NCBI GenBank assembly: GCA_964406075.1
Contig: CAYOQI010000004.1
Location: forward strand, 57,718 to 121,717
Reading direction: 5' to 3'
From: an uncultured Pseudomonadales bacterium
GTDB lineage: Bacteria > Patescibacteriota > Microgenomatia > UBA1400 > PJMF01
Length of the DNA: 64,000 nt
Made by a program: the position numbers and the translations under genes. Below the pieces are notes generated by a model. The model saw nothing but the letters and a program-made list of their open reading frames with translations, made no database searches and was not told the origin of the DNA. This document shows, one piece after another, positions 51,701 to 58,400 of the stretch (positions are counted from its first letter, which is position 1; the number at the start of each line of letters is the position of its first letter).

Positions 51701-52173
51701 CAGTCAAACTTGCATCAGAATCAGCCTCAGTCTTGGGCACAACTGATAGCTCAGAGTTCCAGATTTTGAACGCCAGTAACTCAGCAGTGGCCAGTATCGA
51801 TGCATCTGGATCCGCCAAGTTCTCTAGCATTTCAACTGAAGGCTTAGTCTTGAAACAACCTCAGTCAGAGGCATCATCCTCTGCTCAACGACAAGCTGAA
51901 ATTGCTCGCAAACAAACAGCGGGACAATTAACTCTTGAGGCTGGTGAAGTCACAATGGAAATTGAGAATGATAATGTTGAAGACGACAGCTTGATTTATC
52001 TCACTGCAACTTCAGATACTCAAAACCAAGTCATGTATGTTGGAGAGAAAGAAACCTGTGCATTTGCTGGCCCAACCTGTCAAACCAGCTTCACCGTAAA
52101 AATTAATCAACCGATTGCTACAGACATTAAGTTCAACTTCTGGATTGTAAATGTCTCAAAACAACAGCCGTAA
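36772..52173 (+). CDS. giant (5133 aa) surface repeat protein: N-terminal MerR/excisionase-type HTH, single TM anchor, Thr/Gly/Asp/Asn-rich repetitive ectodomain
   Basis: An uninterrupted 15.4-kb ORF. Residues 10-57 (SIHEAAKFLKVSTKTLRRWEDRHILLPARTSGGHRRYDLNEIKAF) match the MerR/HTH_17 pattern. Residues ~161-185 (WVSVSIVLAFFFISAAAFSIQGFF) form the only TM segment. At least 7 copies of a TINSGGDLTIGSIGLNDVGSDNITSGASLVGVFDEFTNS..VQDVLDD.DAAIG module lie between ~38400 and 45980. Three copies of a GSTIFDLGTDTSATDFLIRN...ITYTLPPDDG..YVLT.DG.GVL.W module also occur. There is almost no Cys. Confidence 0.9.
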   Translation: MIPSDLPPLVSIHEAAKFLKVSTKTLRRWEDRHILLPARTSGGHRRYDLNEIKAFKKQKYSSGSVVHQTVLPLATVKPLESKVVDQTDILQVSKPLIIKPIDHFPLKTPKVTAYKPFPETITKVKKTFEFPSFQVRNNIPPQVEIPTEKITDFPIPTTPPSWVSVSIVLAFFFISAAAFSIQGFFKPLVAKHPVLSEIAYSLEKRLAINVFPKKEVMIVQANDSKVLGEHSSLDFLKFNINVESSFREFANFLSDVNVEGNATVSGILSVNSGSLQTTSETAQVFENASTLSIAANTGTTTVNNSLNVGGNLTVIGLINDIAGTLNLSGNTLTSTGDLVIDPGGGGVSIGDATPGIIDMTDGDFFVSGDVEIDGILYAPTANISGTASIGTVLVNSDSINDFTGTGLTVSDGALQTTIGTSVSSSEIENDTILEEDLKVSNDAVNGYALTYDNSTGGFTWTDIASSQVWIDGGSVYYQATTTDDVVIGGTSSLGKLSVDGDSDEIQLVVQGNGTQTSNIFVVEDSSGTDLFVVNNTGSITIASGQDLTIGSIGLNDVGTDNVTSGASLIGVFDEFTNSSATTLQDVLDDFDAAIGGGASKWAQDTGFVYLASTTDDIVVGGDTIANGSLYFDESAGSLYLGTNEALNGSLTLYSSGAGITDPTITADATGNANITTSATALVNILAGNLKVGNGAPTQTLNGEDAYVEGTLEVDGILYAGSATTALTVASGLIDADAIALTPTTEGLSGISSGSGLAVYSDTLSLLQGCGDGQVLKWNETNDSWECANDTGASFAVVNIENNDVAVGSNVDSIDFSTDFLVTASPSNEANVAIADDILNFTEFSDALTLDAATTITNSLAGNLTIDLTSTGDFVIADGGVAFFTFTDGGALTQAGSGQITLTGNVDATNGLDITGASLTVGGANATITTGGALTLASTITAATDETINGVDINAGTVSDVVNLTINSGGDLTIGSIGLNDVGSDNITSGASLVGVFDEFTNSSATTVQDVLDDLDAAIGAGASKWTDSGTVTYLTDTTDSITIGSSTELGKLAVDGDADEVQLLVQGNGTQTNALAIFEDSTGADQFSISNTGNVTLAGDLTISGGNITSATTFDSTATVTGTLTANGTLDANGIFTLGDNGETGAIDTSDWDISATGVLTGVSGITTDGGYTQSGATGNTFSGNVDATSGLDVTGASLTVGGANATITTGGALTLASTITANTDETVNGVDINAGTVSDVVNLTINSGGDLTIGSIGLNDIGSDNITSGASLVGVFDEFTNSDGLNVQDVLDDFDAAIGAGSSKWTDSGTVTYLTSTTDDLAVGGSTVLASMFGIDESAGNFYFGYDNSVSPTFNFEASDGDAGEFGFNTNDTFFFSNARVGVGTTNPSRLLHVSDSSGSPAIRVTGSASGSPFIEFEQSGNVRGVFGYDNTTSTLQLAYGANFSTTFLSLNSSGSMGLGTSAPDAALEINHATGDSLRLTYNDSNGSATSYTDFSLASDGDLTIDSAGGAINLGANDDLNITASTDLIFGGSTSLGESTGAADSGAFLTGIFDEFDNSASSTVQDVIDDIDAAIGNRTYTADNYVTDGQTLTASINALDIALASVSGGAYTGWSIDVDDDGADPIASGATLNVDAGSNVSLTYTAGTNTLLIAATDTNTTYTAGNDLDLTGTVFSLETTLDFVDTINLAGTGTLNGLDAVDATGENTIEALIFDTDAESITGVWTVADSTNFRIGTGGDLTFAHDGSNSTITSTTGDLLIDNTNATGSTIFDLGTDTSATDFLIRNDSGTQLLSLNGAGALQLGSNGQDGQFILYNELGVTDYTNTINPSGSQSQNITYTLPPDDGGADNYVLTTDGNGVLQWESVTGAGGGSGDLTDIIAGNYIDVQNAGGPSPTVDFDPTELEGVTWGASSGASEPFTWTYDVTNSGTDPSITFADNAITLTAATLTASGDLTIQGGDATLGMAGTDGSLTFYNELGATDRSVIFNVSGSQSEDIVYTLPPDNGAADNYVLTTDGSGVLQWESVSGAGGGTGDVTDIVAGNYIDVQNAGGPSPTVDFDPTELESVTWGAQTGASFTWTFNASSGTDTSIAFADGSISPTLAATGLFNVLTGNLKVGNGTPGLSLDGEDAYIEGTFEVDGASQFDGALTTNGTLTANGQFTLGDNGDTGAINTSDWDISTTGSLTGISGIANDGSYTQTGSSANAFTGVTTFNTDVDFTFADTENIAITNTVTGTNGLDLISAIITNQTSSGTQRGIVISNANDAANASTESLIFLDNAETTASTLTDAILITSSGADGGIVDAIDVSAGNITNALNVGGNNIIGTTAVINFDNFDIDGSGNLVTAGTLTAATNETINGVDINAGTVSDVVNLTINSGGDLTIGSIGLNDVGSDNITSGASLVGMFDEFDNSASTTVQDVIDDIDAAIGNRTYTADNYVTDGQSLTASIDALDVALAAVSGGAYTGWDLDGDSGTAETIANGNTVNILGGTNGIDTVVSATDTLTINLDTTEIGTSTFGSGSGFTWTFDAGATDPTLAFASNAITIGGAATLNFGGTLDLGTNTLSDGNFNGNWAFNSGNLSGIGTIGASGAITAATDETINGVDINAGTVSDVVNLTINSGGDLTIGSIGLNDIGSDNITSGASLVGVFDEFTNSDGLNVQDVLDDFDAAIGAGSSKWTDSGTVTYLTSTTDDLAVGGSTVLASMFGIDESAGNFYFGYDNSVSPTFNFEASDGDAGEFGFNTSDSFFFSNALVGIGTASPSEQLEVGGNIELTAAVPRLAFDNTNGDNDWYIQASATGFQFRNSSDNVNYLLINQTGLVSIGGDDSPDYLLELYDATATPTFALSDDDVTHGLTTLAQTDVFSHLTSLSTTAGGAELTTISDTDAQALSIRGVIGSTDPTDTTPAVKLVGAKSNGTTGMADLGAAETVFQVANNDDASALTILGNGNVGIGDTTPAALLTVGTSDALQIDASGNVVTTGTVTAATNETINGVDISAGTVSDVVNLTINSGGDLTIGSIGLNDVGSDNITSGASLVGVFDEFTNSSATTVQDVLDDLDAAIGAGASKWTDGGAITYLTATTDDLAVGASNTLTAPFSVDVSANLVRIGTGSTANAQLDMYASDGDTGSLIYNTSDQFNFTGGDVLIGQALTVTGTTTANGAFDANGQFDLGDGGDAGTISATTLDIDATGALQINSSGGAIGIGNDAVAQAINIGTGAAARTITMGNNTGASALQLTSGTGDITLTSTDDILFTPTDDMLATFAAGSAFTIDAATTDTTVTGGVLALDVDAGNAAVIGIDLDFSQSSGATTGTDAIGQNIAVSANDADGDVFGLSIRSNATANAGVGSYEALIRLINAEDTASAVTDAILIDSTSGVDGDIIDAIDVSDANITNALNVGANNIIGTSAVINFSSFDVDASGNTIIGGTLDVTGISTLVGNLNANGGLDVDNAFVVADGGVLTTSQTANFDGTADFDGAADFSAGVTNSAGEFLVSGGNLQLNDNINLTVGTGDDLTIVHNGTNTLLTSVTGDLIFDNTLVTGSTIFDLGTDTSATDFLIRNNSGTQLLSMNGAGAFQLGSNGQDGQFILYNELGGTDYTNTINPSGSQSQNITYTLPPDDGGLNYVLTSDGSGVLTWQSVGGIGAGGDLTDIVAGNYIDVQNATGPSPTIDFDPTELETVTWGAQAGSSFAWTFNASSGTDPVMTFADNAITLTAATTTLSGDLAINGGNVTTATTFDSTLTATGTLTANGALDANGQFDLGDGGDAGTISATTLDIDATGALQINSSGGAIGIGNDAVAQAINIGTGAAARTITVGNNTGASALQLTSGTGDINLNSADDIFLSPSDDLTAFITAVGQFTIDAATIDSQNTLGAFRLDIDSSTSGTIGFLTNFRAIDDDAADILYANRTDVTIQDDTTASDTVYGNYISLIQNDTTPATTYGLAVVAEDAGTSPVSTGILIENLQATDIDLTDGLLIRATTDGSLVDAIDASDAEITNALNIGANTILGTTGVIDFTNFDVAATGALSLSTAGNTSASFTRTSAGQWMAFNDGTDTWGIYNTAGSPEASLTANTGALAMDTTNGTLYVKTDDGDNTGWVNLASGASSPWTDSGTTSYLTDTTDEVVIGGASPLSSAKFSIDGDADQTQLLVQGNATQTTDLAIFENSAGADQFNFSNTGNLIAAGDITATGGTFNGASGESIDLGVASSDVLTFTTGASTELLLSTTNLTAGTAEGNSLGSATVEWEQLFLGDNNGISFGLDQDWSFGYDEATDDRLELITAGTSGMLIQSATATGNGLALTFDSLSTGEGLYLSSTSTALTSGGHLGLFEWNPGSASSTTADLFSINIGSNATVLGDIFNVQDNGSDLFSVGEAQITSALPHSFTAAGDVSVAYDLQFTNQTASYLKTYGPLQIEAGESFESNNLTIKTYNSGDVVIDLPATGQMIVQGAFSIGDQQTLPAGTTPSVAGGSHYIGNANGLITNFTSGTAGQILVLEFDGTSTDLDCSTAGPIRCGSTDITTQQAAGDIITFIYDGTNWNMIEYVALDADSTAGADLAEYYPASEHLEPGDIVSIDSTQPVMVEKSHESHRQRIMGIVSSDPGLLLGEEADNSYPIALAGRVHVKMSESSEAIQPGDLVGVSQETGKAKKVNSGYTVGRALESWDPNSGDRDVVVFVNLSYIPVDLALNNDGQVSSSYSLITTDSLEYAIRDLNNGQDIQQTLVLAESLIGRLETGSIVTRELQAQSIETEDFLTNNATVSGQLNANSAEINSLRFETATVAGQLFLSDGRSVGSLLDENDAYLASLSAQTQQLAQSFSEQTVPGTSTAFDEFLAQLTGTEDASLSAALAAIQNQEDIELDAESMVLAPDAVFVKEYLNVTGFTQLTTASISQSLTVGDGLLLTQDTIATAEETLYIQPTAGSLNLLAGLMTLTPDGNVTINGDLTVTGIASITDGVKTSQLSPNDFTQDLTVKLASESASVLGTTDSSEFQILNASNSAVASIDASGSAKFSSISTEGLVLKQPQSEASSSAQRQAEIARKQTAGQLTLEAGEVTMEIENDNVEDDSLIYLTATSDTQNQVMYVGEKETCAFAGPTCQTSFTVKINQPIATDIKFNFWIVNVSKQQP
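40462..40862 (+). repeat. 401-bp perfect intragenic repeat, copy A
   Basis: By eye it is identical base for base to 44590..44990 (offset 4128 bp). Identity stops abruptly at both ends. Confidence 0.85.
44590..44990 (+). repeat. 401-bp perfect intragenic repeat, copy B
   Basis: See copy A. The flanking sequence is only about 70-85% similar. Confidence 0.85.
46276..46442 (+). repeat. 167-bp perfect intragenic repeat, copy A
   Basis: Identical to 48049..48215 (offset 1773 bp). The following ~100 nt are about 85% similar. Confidence 0.85.
48049..48215 (+). repeat. 167-bp perfect intragenic repeat, copy B
   Basis: See copy A. Confidence 0.85.
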
Positions 52174-52424
52174 AACACTTGCCGAACTGAATTCATTTTT
52201 GCAATTTCTTCATGAATACTCTTACTTTTCAGATTGAATTGGTATTTTTTGAACTCTGAGATCGAATATGAATATTTTTTATACTCAAAAAAGGGTTGAT
52301 CAATAAACATTTACTACTTTTTAGAAAAATAAGAATACAAACTCTCTTCAGTTTTTTCTCCACAAATTTCTTAATTCTCCTCTGGTATTTCTCAATAATA
52401 AAAGCAGATTAAGTCGGAGATTTT

Positions 52425-52433
52425 TGGTATTAT
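52425..52433 (+). promoter_or_regulatory. candidate extended -10 promoter element for the LamG-array gene
   Basis: TGgTATTAT (TG at 52425-52426, TATTAT at 52428-52433) lies 15 nt upstream of the ATG at 52448, implying a very short leader. No good -35 is present. Confidence 0.25.
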
Positions 52434-52447
52434 GTAGATAGAAATTC

Positions 52448-55400
52448 ATGTTCTCATTTCGTCGTCGCCCACTATCTTCCGTATCTAGAAAACGCTCACC
52501 GAAGGTAGTTGTTCTCTTATTGTTGTTAACACTGCTTTTACTCCCAATCGTCTACAGCCTCATTACACGTCCCAATCAAGGAACAGCTGCACCACTCAAC
52601 GCGACTGAAGATTCTACTTCCATCACAATTACATCCCCAGGAAAATATCGAGCAGTGATCCAAAAAGGCGATACCACAGATTACATTCTTTTTTATGATC
52701 TAGCTGAAGATGCCGGTAACCCTGATCCGACACATGAGTTTAAGGGCCCGTGTGTTTTGGAAACAAACACGTATTGCCTGCGAGATGATAGTAACCGAAT
52801 GACAACACTGATTGAGGTGACAGACACCGTTGTGAAAGTTCGGGTCATGGGCAGATTCAATAACGAAGCCAGTACTGATTATCTTGATGATGATACGCCA
52901 CTCTATTTCCCTGAAGTGATCGAAAACTATGCGTTCACTCGTGATGGAGTAAGTGTCATGAACCGTACGGACTTCGCTACGGGAACTGGTGTCACTTTTG
53001 ATGCAGATTCTGGGCACAACGGATATGACTGGCTCGGTGTGTACTCAGATGTCACCGATGGTGCATACGATGACACCGCCAATAATAACTATGGTGATGG
53101 TGCGACTGAGGCTCAAATATCCGCCGATGGAGAGTTTTCTAATACCAATAGTTACTTTCACATGCCTGGAACTGGGAGCTCTACCTACCAAGACGCCTTT
53201 GTCGGTATACATCGAGATGGTTGGTATAGCGATTTAAACTCCAGTGGTGTCCATGAGTGGAATTGGGATGAGGCTGAATCAGGTACGCAGGATTTAATCA
53301 CAGCACAAGAGCAAAACTACAACTCCAGCAGACGTCATGAGGCCAAATGGTATTTCCTCCTGAAAAGTGAATCAGATCTTGATACTGAAGCCGAACGAGA
53401 AGCTTTGAACAATGAAATGATCAATGCCGATATACTCTCCTACACCGTAGGTGAAACGTCCTACGAGATGCCGGTGACTGCAACTGCAATCAATTTTGAT
53501 GCGGATACTGATTACGTCAACGTGCCTGACAACTCAGCCTATGATTTTGGTGATACAGCAGACTACTCTGTTGAAGCGTGGATGATGAGAAATGGAAACC
53601 CTATTTCAGGTGATAACCCCATTGTCTCAAAACGGCTCTGTTGTGGTGCTTCCGGCTGGGAATTCCAGATTCGACTTTCAAGCGCACGAATGCGTTTGCA
53701 AATGACTGATGGAACAGATACGTATGATCTTGAAGGCAGTACGGTTCTTAGTGACCAAACTTGGTACCACGTTGCAGCCGTGTTTGATCAAGACAACGCC
53801 AGCAATAGCATTATCTATATAAACGGTGTTGCAGAAACGATGACTCGGACAGGGACTATTGGAAATTTGGGCAGTATGGCAAGTACCGCTGGACTCGGTT
53901 TTGGTGTTGGTGAGCCTGGTATTGGGAACTATAACAGTTTTTCCGGCCGAATAGCTGAAGTACGAATCTGGGATGATGTGCGAACAGCAGCTGAAATTCG
54001 CGAAAACATGTTTCGACAAATTGACCCCGCATCAGCAAACCTAGTGGGATACTGGAAACTGGATGAAGGGACCGGAACTGCAGTACATGATTCCAGTGCA
54101 ACCGGTGCGAATGGAACAATTGTTGGAGGTGCCACTTGGGACTCAGTCAATGAACGTAAGGCCGATCACTTCAATGAATTTGAATTTGCCCACACACTTC
54201 AGTCAACAGCCCAAAATGCGCAGTACGATATTGATGCTGGAGCATCAAATGTCTCAACAACAGCCAATGGTGCTATTTCCGATAACGCGACCACAGTCAC
54301 AGTTACCTCCACGACAGGCTTTGCCTCTTCGGGAATTGCCTACATTGATGGAGATAAGTTTAGCTACACTGGAACCACTGCCACGACATTTACCGGTGTT
54401 CCCTCTTCTGGTGAACACAGCGTAATTGCTCATGTCACAGGAAGTGTGGTCGCTCAGTTCACGCGAAGTAACACCAACTTTAAGGTTGGTGGCTACCAAT
54501 CCACTGAGAAACCTGCGCAAATTACCAAAGAAGGTATCTCGCAAAAAGAAGGGGTCGATTTCTCAGCTTCTGTAAAGCCAGTAACGGATGGCTACTTTGC
54601 CCAAGACTTAAGTTTTTATGCAGACTTTGCAAGTACGACAGTTGACGTTGGTTCAAACTTGACCAATAGCGGATGTACCCTGACACAAGGTGGCAATGAC
54701 TACACTTTAGGATTTATCACCGTATGTGATGGTGGCTCCGATGACATGACATTTACCTCAACAGGCAATATCGACTATGCCAAAGGAGCCCTTGAGTTTT
54801 CGATCGCGGCATTCAGTACCAGTGCTGACAGTACCGAACGTACATACTTTCGCATAACCGATGGCACCGATGAGTTTCGATTTCGCAAAACATCAGGCAA
54901 TACTTTAGAGTTTTTAATTGATGAAGGCGCTTCCACCTATACAGAATCTATCTCAAGTGCAAACTACAGTTGGGGGTTTTTGGACACTGTTCACATTCGA
55001 CTGGAATGGGATGACAGTGCCTCTACCACAGAAGATGAAATGAAAATTTACATCAATGGAAGATTACCGACCTCCACAGATGCGAGTGGTTTTACCGGTG
55101 CAAATGTGTCTCCTGGTACCACCTTCCGTTTAGGAAATAGTGCAGACTCTGGAGGTACGCACTGTAACTGCTTGATCGATGAATTCAAAATCTATGACTT
55201 CAACGGCAGTGGTGATCAAGTTGGACTGGCCAAGGTTGGAGCCGGTGGTGGAGGTGGTGATTATTTCTATAACCCAAATAATAATCTGACGCTTTCTTTT
55301 GCTCCGGTGGACGCTGGTAATCGAGGTGAGTATCTCTACTTAGGCGCTGATGCCAAAGTCAATGGATATAACTTTGATCTTGCTACCAATGGTGTTGGAA

Positions 55401-58400
55401 GTTCCTTAAATCTTGATTGGGAATACTGGAATGGTGTCGCTTGGACAAGCTTAGAATCCATTGTTGGCTTTACAGATACGACAAGTAACTTAACCCAAAG
55501 TGGCACCGTGTATTGGACTGCTCCACCGACCAACTGGAGACCATATGCGATGAACAGCAAAAATGAGTTCTACTATATTCGAGCTTCCTTAAATGCAGCA
55601 TCTGGTACGTACACCACAAGTCCTGTCGAAAATAGAATCACCACAACAACTCTCTACATTCGAAGCGACACGACACTTAATCTTGAAGATCAAACGTTTG
55701 TCATTCCCACCCAATTCCAACCATCTGTTTTCTGGAAAATGGATGAAGGTCAAGGAACAGCAATCAATGATAGTACTGGGAATAAAAACGACGGAACACG
55801 CCTCAATGCGGTGTGGCAAACGGAAGATATGTGTGTTTCAGGAAAGTGTCTCTATTTTGATGGGAGTGGCAGTCCAAGAGACTATCTGTATAGATTAAAT
55901 GATGACAGTTTCAACTTTACAGCCAGCGAAAGTTTCTCAATAAGTATTTGGATAAAACGTGAACCAATATCTACAGACCCGAATGTGATTCTTGCAAAAC
56001 ATAACTCAAGCGGTGGTGGATATAAAATTCGAATGGAAAATGATGGTGATATCAGTTGTGGAATTGATGATGACAGTACGTACACCCCTGATGCTGAGGC
56101 AATTAGTACGCTCGCCACCTATGATGATAATCAATGGCACCACATCGAGTGTGTCAAAGATGGTACTTCAAGTTTGTCGCTCTATATCGATGGAATACTT
56201 ATTAATACCAACTCCTCTATCTCTGGAGTAGGAAGTCTTGTAAACACGCAACCGTTTTACCTTGGAAATGGCGGTGACGGTTTATCAGATGCATTTAAAG
56301 GCTTCATGGATGAATTCAAAATGTATCCCTATGCTCGAACTGCAGATGAAGTAAAAGCCGACGCTATTGCAGGCGCTGGAAATCGTGGCTCCTCCGCTGT
56401 ACTCGGAGCACAGGACACCGCATTTCTAAATGACGGCTTAGCCGGTTATTGGTCACTCGATGAAGGAACCGCTAACTCTTGTAGTGGAGGAACAAACGAT
56501 AGCTGTGATAAATCTGGCAACAATAATGATGGTGCTTGGCAGGATAATGCCACAAGTACGCGTGGTAAGTTTAGTCGTGGCACAATTTATGATGGAACCA
56601 ATGACAATGTCACCATAACTGATCCAACGTCTGGGACATTAGATTTTGGGACAGGTGATTTTACCGTGTCAACCTGGGTGAACTTCAGTGCTATCGCGAA
56701 TGGAAGTACCCTGCTTGGGAAAAACTTCACTGGTTCGGGAGCCGGGTATGGTATGCGTATACAAACCACTTCCCCGACGATATGGGTGGGAGATGGTGCT
56801 ACTACGGCTGAGCTTGCCCACACGGCAGTACTTTCAAACTCTGCCTGGTATCATGTTGTTGGTGTCAGGAAAAACGGCACATTATATATATACGTGAATG
56901 GTGTACAAGGCTCATCCACTGCATCTTTTACTGGGAATGTGAGTACCACAGGAAATCTGTATTTGGGGGCCAGAGGAACGGGAGCAACAGCAAATATGGC
57001 TGGAAGTTTAGATGAGGTGAGAATATATAATCGGGCCCTTGCTCCTGCAGAAATAACTACTTTATATAACTGGGCACCCGGACCGGTAGGATATTGGAAG
57101 CTGGATGAAAATACGGGTATCAGTGCATATGATTCATCAGGTAATGCTAGCACTGGCACTCTCACAAATAGTCCAACCTGGACACCAGGAAAATTTGGTT
57201 CTGGAGTCAATTTAGGAGGAAATAGTTCCAATCATTATGTGAGCATTGCCGATAATGATCTCTACTCTCCTTCACTCTTTGCAGGAGCTACTATCCAGGC
57301 CTGGTTCAATCAAGACACCGCAACTGCAGCCCGAGACTGGATTGTGGCGAAGGGAAACACAAGTAACTTCGAGTGGGGTCTCGCCGTAAGCAATGGTGTT
57401 CTCTATTGTGAGATCTGGGATTCATCTGGTAGTAGTCAAGCCCAAGTCGTTGCAGGCGTGGTATCCACTGGAGCATGGCACTTCGCCTCTTGCACCATGG
57501 ATAATACCAATGGTGTTTATCTCTATCTTGATGGAGTGTTGCAGGGATCTTCCCCAGGACTTACTGGTGGAATGAGTAATACTACCTCTGCTGTACAAAT
57601 TGGTAATCGTGCCGATGGTGGAGACAATAATTTTGACGGAACTATCGATGAAGTAAAAATCTACAACTATGTTCGTACTCCCGGCCAGATGCTTGAAGAC
57701 ATGAATGGTACTCACCCGGTTGGAGGCTCCCCGGTGGGTTCTCAAATACTTAATTGGAAATTTGATGAGGGCAATGGAACCACAGCAAATAACGAAATAA
57801 CTGGTGGAACAAACGGCACCCTTACCAGTATGGCCACTGCCCCATCGACTTCTTCTTCAGGGTGGACTGCCTCAGGAAAATTTAATAAAGCCTTAGTTTT
57901 TGATGGGACAGACGACAAAGTCGTCATTGACACTGCAAGCGACGCAAATGTGGACTTCAATGCAAGTGAACAGTTTTCTTTGTCGGCCTGGGTGTACTCC
58001 ACCACTGTTCCCACTACTGCAACCGACGAGGATTTAATTATAGGAAAATGGGACGAAACAAGTTCTCAACGTGCATACAGAGTGTTCCTCGAAAATGATG
58101 ATACTGATTCAACAGGTCACATCCGAGTTGAAGTCATGGATGAATCCACCGGAGGAAATGAAATTCTCTCAGCAGTTACGAGTAATGACACTATCTCACA
58201 AAACACTTGGTATCACGTCACCATGACATTTAATGGAACGATCACTGGAGCTGCAAATAGTCTGAAGGTATATCTAGATGGCAAGCAACTTGGTACCAAC
58301 GCAGCGAATGCAAGTTTCGTAGGTATTGATGACGTCACCTCTGATTTCACGGTAGGTGATTATGATGCCACAGACAGTGACGGAGATCTTGATGGCTTTA

